Positions 1 through 9,432 of a stretch of 45,111 bases of DNA are shown here, piece by piece. The stretch is from Candidatus Heimdallarchaeota archaeon (lineage in GTDB: Archaea > Asgardarchaeota > Wukongarchaeia > Wukongarchaeales > JBHIFL01). The stretch is taken from contig JBHIFL010000035.1 of NCBI GenBank assembly GCA_046761065.1, positions 1 to 45,111 of the forward strand, in the 5' to 3' direction. The notes beneath the pieces were generated by a model. It was not told the DNA's origin, ran no database searches, and worked only from the letters and a program-made list of their open reading frames with translations. Position numbers and translations under genes: made by a program. Position 1 is the stretch's first letter, and each line of letters begins with the position of its first letter.

Positions 1-39
1 AAGAATGTCATGGAGGCCTTCTTGCATTTCAATTTTTAG

Positions 40-1944
40 GGCAACAAGCTAATAACAAACGACATCGAGGTTGGCCTCTGGACTGGGCTTTGGCTCTTCA
101 ATGGTTCTTCACACAACAACATCTCAGGTAACACCATAACATCAAAAGGGACTGGCATCCAACTTGAGGCTTCTTCAAACTATAATAGCATTTATAGAAA
201 CACCATAATTGCAAACAACGAGACTGGGCTCTGGCTCTTCGATGGTTCTTCACACAACATCATTTATCATAATAACATCATAGACAACGGAAGGCAAGTA
301 ATTGACACAAACCCTACGACCAACAACTGGCATCATCCAGAGCTGCTCGAGGGCAATTACTGGTCAGATTACCCGGGTTCGGATGATGGTAGCGGCGCAG
401 GAAAGCATGCGATCGCGGATGACGGTATTGGAGACACTAGCATCCCATGGCCCGACCCTAACTTTGATTTCTATCCCTTTGTGCAGGAAAACGGTTGGTT
501 AGGCGTGACTACTTACATTACCTTTACCGAAGACCGCTATGAACCTATAGTAGTAACAACAGACAACCTAGTGATAGATGGGAACGGCTATACGCTACAA
601 GGCCCAGGATCTGGTCTTGGCATCTCCTTAATAAGTAGAAACAATGTGACAATCAAGAACCTCATGATCACAGGGTGGAAAGATGGAGTTTATATGGATT
701 CCTGCCAAAAAGTTTCGCTAGGCAATAATATCATAGCTGACAATGATGTTGGCGTTAACATGGGGGAGGAATCCAGTCAAATCACACTTACAGGCAATAC
801 TTTCTCCAAAAATCATCTAGGGGTTTACATGCGGATGTTTTGCAGCGAAATAACTATCTTCAACAATACAATCTCCAACGATGATGGTGTGCACATGGAG
901 TACTGCAGCCGTGTCCGCATCGCAAACAATACCATCTCACATAATCACCTTGGAGTGCGCTTGTGGCCCCAAGTAACTCCCACTTATGTCACCGTTGTCA
1001 ACAATATCATATACAAAAATTATGATGGTATTCATATAGTATATGCCAGTAACATCAATATCACTAACAATCTTATCTTTTGGAACGACATTTATGGCGT
1101 TTACTTGGAGAATTGTAGCGATATTACGATCTTCCTGAACACCGTTATCGATAATATGAATCAAGTGAATGACAATATGGCGAACCACTTTGACAACGGC
1201 ACCATTGGGAACTACTGGAGTGACTATGCTGGTACGGATGCAAATGGAGACGGGATTGGAGATACATTGTATCTGATCGATGCTGATTCGATAGATAATT
1301 ATCCGCTTATGCACTCCCTTAAAACGCTCCCAGTAGCCCCTCCATCCGCGGACTTCACATTTTCCCCCACTGATCCCTCTATAGAAGATGCCATAACCTT
1401 TATGGACACCTCAACAGATCCTGATGGAACTATCACGGCGTGGGATTGGGACTTTGGAGATGGGAAGACTTCAATGGAACAAAATCCCTCTCATCAATAT
1501 ACTGATAAGGGAGAATACATTGTACAGTTGACCGTTACAGACAATGAAGGACTCACAAACACTGTAGAGCAAACCATCACACTTCGAAACCTTCCTCCCA
1601 CCGCGAGTTTCTCCTATTCTCCTAGCAGCCCCACCGTAGGGGAAGAAATCCTATTTACTGATGCATCTTTTGATCCAGATGGAACAATCTCAGCGTGGGC
1701 GTGGGATTTTGGCGATGGGATGACCTCAACTGATATAAATCCAACACACGCCTATGATACTTCTGGTTCGTATTCGGTAACCCTCACAGTGACAGATGAT
1801 GAAGGGTTAGAAGACGCATACTACACAACTGTTGAGGTTAAACCATCCGAGGAAGAAGGGGCCTTCATTCCTGGTTTCTCCCTCGAAATAGGGATCTTAG
1901 CAGCTATAGCTTTGCTAGGGTTGAGAAAGCGACGGCGGGTCTAA
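40..1944 (+). CDS. Surface protein with NosD/CASH parallel beta-helix repeats, 2 PKD domains and a PGF-CTERM-like anchor (5'-incomplete or disrupted)
   Basis: Frame +1 is open from 40, upstream of the ORF-track start at 481. It encodes ...HPELLEGNYWSDYPGSDDGSG..., which aligns with the paralog at 2361. PKD motifs WDWDFGDG/WAWDFGDG; C-terminus FIPGF + hydrophobic helix + RKRRR. An in-frame TAG at 37-39 and no signal peptide mean the true 5' end is broken or outside the window. Confidence 0.85.
   Translation, partial: GNKLITNDIEVGLWTGLWLFNGSSHNNISGNTITSKGTGIQLEASSNYNSIYRNTIIANNETGLWLFDGSSHNIIYHNNIIDNGRQVIDTNPTTNNWHHPELLEGNYWSDYPGSDDGSGAGKHAIADDGIGDTSIPWPDPNFDFYPFVQENGWLGVTTYITFTEDRYEPIVVTTDNLVIDGNGYTLQGPGSGLGISLISRNNVTIKNLMITGWKDGVYMDSCQKVSLGNNIIADNDVGVNMGEESSQITLTGNTFSKNHLGVYMRMFCSEITIFNNTISNDDGVHMEYCSRVRIANNTISHNHLGVRLWPQVTPTYVTVVNNIIYKNYDGIHIVYASNINITNNLIFWNDIYGVYLENCSDITIFLNTVIDNMNQVNDNMANHFDNGTIGNYWSDYAGTDANGDGIGDTLYLIDADSIDNYPLMHSLKTLPVAPPSADFTFSPTDPSIEDAITFMDTSTDPDGTITAWDWDFGDGKTSMEQNPSHQYTDKGEYIVQLTVTDNEGLTNTVEQTITLRNLPPTASFSYSPSSPTVGEEILFTDASFDPDGTISAWAWDFGDGMTSTDINPTHAYDTSGSYSVTLTVTDDEGLEDAYYTTVEVKPSEEEGAFIPGFSLEIGILAAIALLGLRKRRRV
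1561..1733. repeat. Near-identical 173-bp PKD segment, second copy at 4584-4756
   Basis: Direct comparison gives 3 mismatches in 173 bp. The 3' flanks (about 1945-2043 and 4974-5047) are also visibly homologous. Confidence 0.85.
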
Positions 1945-2045
1945 AAAGTGCTTTCTGGCGCTTTTCGATCCGTGTAAGTGGAGAAACATTGGTAGGGTGC
2001 CATTATCAGTAAGTGTTCTCAGACCATATATTTGATGAACTTCCG

Positions 2046-2083
2046 CTTTATCCACAGATCATTATAGATTACCGTGGATAAAG
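2046..2083. promoter_or_regulatory. Intergenic inverted repeat (possible operator or hairpin)
   Basis: CTTTATCCAC (2046-2055) ... GTGGATAAAG (2074-2083): perfect 10-bp arms, 18-nt spacer. Confidence 0.4.
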
Positions 2084-2360
2084 GTAAAATATATCCCCTC
2101 CAACTCAATAACATATTATCGCAATCATCCATAAACAAGAACCGTCGATTATGAACTTTGGGATTTAATGACAAATCTTTAAGTAGAAAGTTATATTAAG
2201 GCATCAGTAAAAATTTAATTGAATAGAAATACTTAATGACGGTATTAGAATGCAAATCCGTAAATAACTTAATTCTTCTCAAAAGAAGTTCTTTCGCATC
2301 TCATACGTTATTTCTTTTTCTCCATTCAAAAAACATCTTTAGGGAAAAAGGTGCAATAAA

Positions 2361-4973
2361 ATGAAGAAATCTCTTAATATAGTAGTTGTTATCGCATTTC
2401 TATCCTCAGCCGTATTTGGCGCGCATGCTCCAACATCAGTAAGTACACAAGCTCCCCTACAAATTTCAACAGACTTCACTTTTACTGAAGACATCCATGT
2501 CACAATCGAGGTGATAGCGGATAACCTTGTAATCGACGGTAACGGTTATACACTACAAGGTCCAGGTCCTGAGTTTTCTCCTCATTTTGGTATATACGTA
2601 AAGGGGAGAAGTGGAGTAACCATAAAGAACATCAAGATTAAAGATTGGAGGTGTGGTATCTTCTTCAACCCAGCGTCAAACAGCAGTATATCTGGGAACA
2701 TTTTCACAAACAACCAGCGATGCATCTGGTTATTAAGAGCTACAAACAATAACATCTCAGGCAATACCCTAACAACCAACGATTGGGGCATCATGATTGA
2801 TGAAGGCTCTTCGAACAATCATATATTTGGTAATGTTATAACTGAAATCGCTGGAGATGGTATCTTAATCCAGAATAATTCAAACAACCGTTTCTCGGGC
2901 AATACCATTACAAACACTGAGAATGGCATCTATTTCCAGTATACTTCAAATAACCGCATCACAGGTAACACTATCACAGACAATGAATGGGGTTTACGAG
3001 CCTATGATGTTTCAAACAACTACATTTCAGGCAATACCATCGCAAACAACATAGAAGATGGAATTGGGATCGAAGGTCGAAAAATGAACAACACCATTTC
3101 TAGTAACACAATCACAAATAACGGGGATGGCATAGGGATCGGTTCACCAAACAACACCATCTCGGGCAACACCATTATAGCAAATAGGGATGGCATCGTG
3201 ATCGCATATTCAGACAACTGTATAGTTGGTAACAATATATCGGCAAGCACCTATCGAGGTATTGTTCTCATCTATTCTTATGATAACCTCATTTACCACA
3301 ATAACATCATTGACAACAAAGTACAAGCTGCAGACGATAATCCTACTGGCAACTACTGGTATCATCCGGAGTTATTAGAAGGCAACTATTGGTCGGATTA
3401 TCAGGGCGTAGATGATGGCAGCGGCACGAACAAGCACGCGATTGCGGGTGATGGCATTGGTGACACGGCCATCCCGTGGCCTAGACCCGACTTTGATGCC
3501 TACCCCTATGTTCAGGAAAGTGGCTGGCTAAGCGCGCCTACGTTCGTTACCTTCCATGAAGATCGTTTTGAACCAATGGTTGTAACAGCAGACAATACCA
3601 TAATAGATGGAAATGGATATACACTAGAAGGTCCTGGTTCTGGCACTGGTATCTACATAAAAAATAGAAGCGACGTAATCATCAAGAATCTCACGATCAC
3701 AGGATGGAAAGATGGTATTTACATTGATCCCTGTACCAATATCATAATAATGAACAATATCATAACTGAGAATGAGTTTGGTGTGAATATGGGGGAGGAC
3801 TCCAGTCTCATCAAACTCTCCAATAATACTATCTCCAATAACCAACTAGGGATTTACATGCGGATGTTCTGCAGTGATATCACCGTCTTCAACAATGCCA
3901 TTTCCCACAATCAGGATGGCATTCACATGGAGTATAGCAGCCATGTCACTATCGTTTTCAACACGATCTCGCACAATCACCTTGGGGTTCGCATGTGGCC
4001 TCCCACCCATGTCACTCTTACCGATAATGACATCTTCAAAAATTATGATGGCATTCACATGGTGTACTCTAGCAATGTCACAATATTCAACAATCTCTTC
4101 TCTATGAATGACAATTACGGCATTTACATGGAGAACTGTAGCGACAATACAATCTTTATGAACACCCTTATCGAGAATACCAATCACGTGTTTGACAATA
4201 GAGCGAACCAATTTGACAACGGTACCCATGGAAACTATTGGAGTGGCTATACCGGGAGCGATACAAACGAGGACGGGGTTGGAGAAACACCGTATCTAAT
4301 TGATACCGACTCGATAGATAATTATCCGCTAATACACCCCCTAAAAACGCTCCCAGTCGTTCCTCCAACTGCAAACTTTACATATTCCCCAACTGATCCC
4401 TCAATAAGAGATTTCATCGACTTTATAGACACCTCCACCGATGCAGACGGAAAGATCACGTCTTGGGAATGGGACTTTGGCGATGGAGCGACTTCTATGG
4501 ACCAAAATTCCTCACATCAATATACAAACAAGGGAGAATACATGGTCAAATTGACTGTCACCGATAACGATGGGCTCTCAGCCACTGTAGAGCAAACCAT
4601 CACGCTTCGTAACCTTCCTCCCACCGCGAGTTTCTCCTATTCTCTTAGCAGCCCCACCGTAGGGGAAGAAATCCTATTTACTGATGCATCTTTTGATCCA
4701 GATGGAACAATCTCAGCGTGGGCGTGGGATTTTGGCGATGGGATGACCTCAACTGAGGTGAATCCAACGCACACCTACGAAACACCTAGGTCGTACCCAG
4801 TAACTCTTAGAGTGACAGATGATGAAGGGCTAGAAGGCATCTTCTCCGTAACTATTGAGGTTAAACCAAAACCCACCGAGGAAGAAGCGGCTTTCATTCC
4901 CGGCTTTTCCCTCGAGATGGGGATCTTAGCAGCCATAGCTTTACTTGGGTTGAGAAAACGACGGCAGGTCTAA
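2361..4973 (+). CDS. Secreted surface protein: signal peptide, two NosD/CASH beta-helix regions, 2 PKD domains, PGF-CTERM-like anchor
   Basis: MKKSLN + hydrophobic signal; many 'NNxISGNTIT..N..GI' repeats; two GNYWS motifs; PKD WDFGDG x2; C-terminal FIPGFSLEMGILAAIALLGLRKRRQV. Confidence 0.9.
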   Translation: MKKSLNIVVVIAFLSSAVFGAHAPTSVSTQAPLQISTDFTFTEDIHVTIEVIADNLVIDGNGYTLQGPGPEFSPHFGIYVKGRSGVTIKNIKIKDWRCGIFFNPASNSSISGNIFTNNQRCIWLLRATNNNISGNTLTTNDWGIMIDEGSSNNHIFGNVITEIAGDGILIQNNSNNRFSGNTITNTENGIYFQYTSNNRITGNTITDNEWGLRAYDVSNNYISGNTIANNIEDGIGIEGRKMNNTISSNTITNNGDGIGIGSPNNTISGNTIIANRDGIVIAYSDNCIVGNNISASTYRGIVLIYSYDNLIYHNNIIDNKVQAADDNPTGNYWYHPELLEGNYWSDYQGVDDGSGTNKHAIAGDGIGDTAIPWPRPDFDAYPYVQESGWLSAPTFVTFHEDRFEPMVVTADNTIIDGNGYTLEGPGSGTGIYIKNRSDVIIKNLTITGWKDGIYIDPCTNIIIMNNIITENEFGVNMGEDSSLIKLSNNTISNNQLGIYMRMFCSDITVFNNAISHNQDGIHMEYSSHVTIVFNTISHNHLGVRMWPPTHVTLTDNDIFKNYDGIHMVYSSNVTIFNNLFSMNDNYGIYMENCSDNTIFMNTLIENTNHVFDNRANQFDNGTHGNYWSGYTGSDTNEDGVGETPYLIDTDSIDNYPLIHPLKTLPVVPPTANFTYSPTDPSIRDFIDFIDTSTDADGKITSWEWDFGDGATSMDQNSSHQYTNKGEYMVKLTVTDNDGLSATVEQTITLRNLPPTASFSYSLSSPTVGEEILFTDASFDPDGTISAWAWDFGDGMTSTEVNPTHTYETPRSYPVTLRVTDDEGLEGIFSVTIEVKPKPTEEEAAFIPGFSLEMGILAAIALLGLRKRRQV

Positions 4974-5278
4974 AAAAGTGCCTGCCGGCTTTCTTCGACC
5001 CGTGTTAGTGTAGGAAGTATTCCAAAACCATATGTTTGATGAGCTTCTGTATAGTCTAAATTTATCGTCTCTCATGTTTTAGTTGATGCCCACAACACAC
5101 ACATAATTTTTAGAGAGGAGAAATAAGCACCCTCTTCCACATCCTTACATTCTGTCCGAGTAATCAATTAAAAAATAAAAATATTTCTCCTCAATTCGAA
5201 AAGAATGGATACTATAATCATACACGTTACCCTGACAATTCACAAGGCAATTAAGGAATTTTCTCAGGAGATAAGAAA

Positions 5279-5800
5279 TTGGCTATTTTTCGATTGAAAG
5301 AAAAAATCCCAAACATTGATCCATCCACCTATGTATTCCCCTCTGCTACGCTGATTGGGAATATTGTAGTTGATAAGCAATGTTTCATTGGGCCAGGTGT
5401 TATCCTTCGAGGAGATAAGAATAAGATTACGATTGGTGAGGAAACAATCATCCAAGATCAAGTTGTTATCCATACAGAGGAAGAATTCTCCACAACAATC
5501 GGTAAGCGAGTCCTTATTGGGACAGGTTCGATTCTTCATTGCGAATGTATCGAAGATGATGCCTCGATTGGACTGGGTGTTGTCCTCGGAATGGGCGCCA
5601 AAATAAGAACAGGAGCTACCGTAATTAACGGGAGCTTAGTTCCACAGATGAAAGAAATTGCAGCTCGAACAACTGTCGCAGGGATTCCTGCAAAAGAAGT
5701 TGAAAATGCCAATGTAATAAATATGGCTGTAAATCAATTCAGTATCCTGCGAGTTGACTTGAGAGAGATCTATAGAACTCAGTTAGAGCGCCTACTGTAA
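5279..5800 (+). CDS. Gamma-carbonic anhydrase family protein A (left-handed beta-helix, YrdA/CaiE/PaaY-like)
   Basis: Hexapeptide repeats, LRGD and QD motifs, His65 and His87 present but Thr at 82. AGGAGA RBS before the TTG start. Confidence 0.9.
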   Translation: MAIFRLKEKIPNIDPSTYVFPSATLIGNIVVDKQCFIGPGVILRGDKNKITIGEETIIQDQVVIHTEEEFSTTIGKRVLIGTGSILHCECIEDDASIGLGVVLGMGAKIRTGATVINGSLVPQMKEIAARTTVAGIPAKEVENANVINMAVNQFSILRVDLREIYRTQLERLL

Positions 5801-5812
5801 GAGGAGAGAAAA

Positions 5813-6328
5813 TTGGGGATCTATAGATTAAAGGGTAAATCTCCACTTATCGCTCCTGAGGCATTTATTCACCCTAATGCTACGATCATTGGAGATGTGC
5901 ATGTTGGAAGGCACTGCTTTGTTGCACCAGGGGCAGTACTCAGAGGAGATCTAGGAAAAATCAGTCTCGGAGATCGGAGCAACGTTCAAGATTATGTCAC
6001 GATCCAAAGCAATGCGCAAGATGAGTTTAAGATCGGCACAAACGTAAATTTAGGTCATGGTGCGATTATTTGCTCAGCAAAGATCGATGATCACGCTTCA
6101 GTTGGTATGCGGGCGATTCTTAGTCACGGGTCGATAATAGGTAGGGGAGCAATAGTCGGGGATGGGTGTCTTGTGCTTCCAAGACAAGCGATTCCTCCGG
6201 AAACTTTGGTTATTGGCAGACCGGCAAAGAAAATTCGTCGAATTAAAAAAGGCGATCCTATCAGAGAATTGATTGATCGTTTCGTCAATTGGTACGCACA
6301 AGCACCTAATCTGTACCATTCAAAATAA
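5813..6328 (+). CDS. Gamma-carbonic anhydrase family protein B
   Basis: LRGD, SNVQD, LGH (His82), G-R-P-A-K; Gln65 and Cys87 replace two His ligands. GAGGAG RBS, 12 bp after the gene A stop. Confidence 0.9.
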   Translation: MGIYRLKGKSPLIAPEAFIHPNATIIGDVHVGRHCFVAPGAVLRGDLGKISLGDRSNVQDYVTIQSNAQDEFKIGTNVNLGHGAIICSAKIDDHASVGMRAILSHGSIIGRGAIVGDGCLVLPRQAIPPETLVIGRPAKKIRRIKKGDPIRELIDRFVNWYAQAPNLYHSK

Positions 6329-6502
6329 GTTCAGGAATAGAATACATTTTGGAAGGAAGAAATTAATCTCAGATGTTCAGCATGTATCCTTGATCACGAG
6401 CCAGATTAGTTTTTTATTAGGCGATCTCATGCCAATAAAAAATTTGACGAAATTCTTTTAAATATCAAACTCTAAACTTAATATGAAAGTGGGTGTTTTT
6501 CG

Positions 6503-9301
6503 TTGGGAATGGAAAACAAGTGGAGAATTCATTTCAAGCGGCGATGGTTAGCTGTATTAAGTATTATTTTCATTCTGATAATGGTTCAAGAAAATCCTTT
6601 CTCTTGGAAACCTGCCACTCTCGTTTATGGACATTTTCCTGGGAGTACTAGGCTGACAAATACCTTAACGAAGGGGAGGAACCCCATGGCTGCCCCTGGT
6701 GACATACAATGGTGGGTAACTTATGGCGGTCCAGATAGGGATGTAGCCTATACAGCGATCCAGACTACTGACGGGGGGTATGCCCTTGCTGGGGAGACTT
6801 GGTCCTACGCAACACGCGGTTCAGACTTCTGGCTATTGAAGTTCGATGCTGAGGGAGCAAAGGAATGGTCGAGGAGCGTTGAAGATTCTTCTGGAAATGC
6901 CCAAGCAGTCATCCAAACCGCTGATGGCGGGTATGCCATGATTGGTAAGTCTTGGTTTTATGGCACTGGGGTCTTCTTATTGCTAAAACTCGATATTAAT
7001 TTGGAATATCAGTGGGGATGGACCTATGGTGGCTCTTCTTCCTATTATCGAGCCGTCTCAGGCGTTCAAACGGCCGATGGTGGGTTTGCTCTCGCGGGCT
7101 CAACCAAGTTCCCCGGGGCGGATAATGAGGACTTCTATCTAGTAAAGACCGATGGGAGCGGAAAAGTCCAGTGGGAGCGAAGCTATGGCGGCTCAGAGGA
7201 TGAAATGGCTTTCTCAATCATCGAAACGACAGATGGGGGCTTTGTCCTCGTTGGTCGGACTGATTCAATCGGAGCAGGGGGGACTGACGCTTGGTTAGTT
7301 AAGACCGATGCCGAAGGGGAGCCACAATGGATGAAAACTTATGGCGGCTCAGCTGCTGATATAGCACGTGTTGTCATCCAGACTCCTGATGGTGGGTATG
7401 CCCTTGCTGGAGAAACTAGGTCCTATGGGGCGAATCAAGCAAATTTCTGGTTGGTGAAGACCGATGCTAGTGGGACGGTAGAGTGGCAGCGGGCATATGG
7501 CGGTAATGAAGATGAGACAGCATACGCATTAACCCAGACGACCGACGGGGGATATGCCCTTGCGGGAGTTATTTGGTTTGTCCCCCCGATAGATACAAAG
7601 GACGCTTGGTTGGTGAAGACCGACTCTCATGGGATGGTCCAATGGGATCGAACCTATGGCGGTTTGGAGGATGATGGAGCATACTCAATTATCGAGACGG
7701 TAGATGGAGGACTCGCGCTGGCTGGCTATACCGAGTCCTATGGAGCGGGTGGGGCTGATTTCTGGCTGTTGAAAATAGCAACAGAACCGATAACAACATC
7801 TGTTACAACCACAGTCACGATCCCAACTACTATACCTGTCACAACTCCTCCCCTCGAAGGTGACTTTTGGCACCTCAAAACGCCCATGCCGACCCCGCGG
7901 GCTGATCTGGCAGCGGTGGTGGTGAATGGACATATTTATGCGATCGGTGGTTATAACGGAACGCATATTCTGGCGACTATGGAGGAGTATGATCCCACAA
8001 CTGATACATGGCGTACTCGAGCCCCTATGCTTACTGCTCGGGGATATCTAGCGGCAACGGCAGTAAATGGAAAGATTTACGCGATTGGAGGCTGGAATGG
8101 TACTAATTACCTACCGACCGTGGAAGAATACGATCCAGTGACTAATACATGGCGCTCCCGGACCGATATGCCGACCCATCGGTATGGCTTGGCTGTGGTG
8201 GCTATTGGTGGACGAATTTACGCTATTGGCGGTCAGAACGAAGTTGGGCTGGGATACCTGCAAACTGTGGAAGAGCATGATCCTACAACCAACACATGGC
8301 GTAGTCGAGCCAATATGGCGACCCGTCGGTATGGTTTAGCCGCAGGAACGATCCGAAGCCGGATCTATGCGCTTGGTGGATTTAATGCAATAGATGGAGC
8401 TTTGGCGACGGTTGAGGAATATAACCCCATTCTCAACACATGGCGCGGTGTGTTCGACAAACCAACTGCCCAGATCAGCTTAGCGGCAGCCGCCATTGGT
8501 GGGCGCCTTTACGCGATTGGAGGCTTAGAAACTTACCCTTCTCCTATGGAGGAATATGATCCGCTCACTAACACATGGGAGAGCCGTACTCCCCTACCTA
8601 CTCCGCGTTCTGGACTGGCTGCCGCGATGGTGCAGGGACGGATCTATGCGATTGGGGGGAATGACGGGAATAGATGGTTGGGGACGATAGAGGAGTACGA
8701 TCCGCCCTTTTTTGACACTGATGGGGATGGGTTCGCGGATGATGACGAGTTACGCTATGGAAGAGATCCTTTGGTGCCCGAATCGGCTACGGAAACGGAT
8801 ACGGATGGCGATGGGCTCCTGGATACGGAGGAAGTTACAAAATATAGGACCAACCCTTGGATCCCAGACACTGAGGCTGACACCGATGGGGATGGACTTG
8901 CCAATGTTGTGGAAGTCGATGAATATGGGACTAACCCCTCAGTAACGGATACAGATGAGGATGGGCTGGCAGATGGGGCGGAGGTACTCACTTACGAGAC
9001 CAACCCTTTGGTCACAGATACAGATAGTGATGGGTTAGGAGATGGAGAGGAGGTGTTCACATACGAGACCGATCCCTTAGTCAAAGACACCGATGGGGAT
9101 AAATATTCAGATAAAGAAGAAGTTATCGCGGGAACGAATCCTCAGGACCCTGAAGATTATCCTAGAACGACTACCAGCATTGTGACAGGCATTACAACGG
9201 GGAAAACCTCCGCTGTTTTCATTCCAGGGTTTACCTTAGTCGAGTTGCTGCTTGCTCTTGCGTGCCTTGTTGTTATGACACGAAGGACAACAAAGCGGTA
9301 G
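6503..9301 (+). CDS. Surface protein: beta-propeller (TxDGGYALAG repeats), Thr/Pro linker, 6 Kelch repeats, DTDGDG Ca-binding repeats, PGF-CTERM-like anchor
   Basis: Repeated QTxDGG(Y/F)xLAG...WLVKTD units; six IYAIGG...EEYDP..NTW Kelch units; DTDGDGL repeats; C-terminal FIPGF + TM helix + RRTTKR. Confidence 0.9.
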   Translation: MGMENKWRIHFKRRWLAVLSIIFILIMVQENPFSWKPATLVYGHFPGSTRLTNTLTKGRNPMAAPGDIQWWVTYGGPDRDVAYTAIQTTDGGYALAGETWSYATRGSDFWLLKFDAEGAKEWSRSVEDSSGNAQAVIQTADGGYAMIGKSWFYGTGVFLLLKLDINLEYQWGWTYGGSSSYYRAVSGVQTADGGFALAGSTKFPGADNEDFYLVKTDGSGKVQWERSYGGSEDEMAFSIIETTDGGFVLVGRTDSIGAGGTDAWLVKTDAEGEPQWMKTYGGSAADIARVVIQTPDGGYALAGETRSYGANQANFWLVKTDASGTVEWQRAYGGNEDETAYALTQTTDGGYALAGVIWFVPPIDTKDAWLVKTDSHGMVQWDRTYGGLEDDGAYSIIETVDGGLALAGYTESYGAGGADFWLLKIATEPITTSVTTTVTIPTTIPVTTPPLEGDFWHLKTPMPTPRADLAAVVVNGHIYAIGGYNGTHILATMEEYDPTTDTWRTRAPMLTARGYLAATAVNGKIYAIGGWNGTNYLPTVEEYDPVTNTWRSRTDMPTHRYGLAVVAIGGRIYAIGGQNEVGLGYLQTVEEHDPTTNTWRSRANMATRRYGLAAGTIRSRIYALGGFNAIDGALATVEEYNPILNTWRGVFDKPTAQISLAAAAIGGRLYAIGGLETYPSPMEEYDPLTNTWESRTPLPTPRSGLAAAMVQGRIYAIGGNDGNRWLGTIEEYDPPFFDTDGDGFADDDELRYGRDPLVPESATETDTDGDGLLDTEEVTKYRTNPWIPDTEADTDGDGLANVVEVDEYGTNPSVTDTDEDGLADGAEVLTYETNPLVTDTDSDGLGDGEEVFTYETDPLVKDTDGDKYSDKEEVIAGTNPQDPEDYPRTTTSIVTGITTGKTSAVFIPGFTLVELLLALACLVVMTRRTTKR

Positions 9302-9432
9302 GACGACTGTCACTGGAAGTGGTATAATCCTGTCCGAAAAGGAATCAACTCGATGCTTTTAGATGGAGCATTTTTAATACTAAGTACTAAAGTTTTTGTA
9401 CAAATGTTCGTATCTAATACAGGGTTAAATTC

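Noticed and set aside
37-39. In-frame TAG as pyrrolysine readthrough
   Set aside because: The 12 codons before it do not resemble the beta-helix repeat and no pyl genes are visible; a lesion or frameshift is simpler.
2048-2082. TTATCCACA, a perfect bacterial DnaA box, plus an inverted one-mismatch copy, suggesting a replication origin
   Set aside because: Only two boxes, archaeal gene context, and no dnaA or cdc6 nearby; kept only as an inverted repeat.
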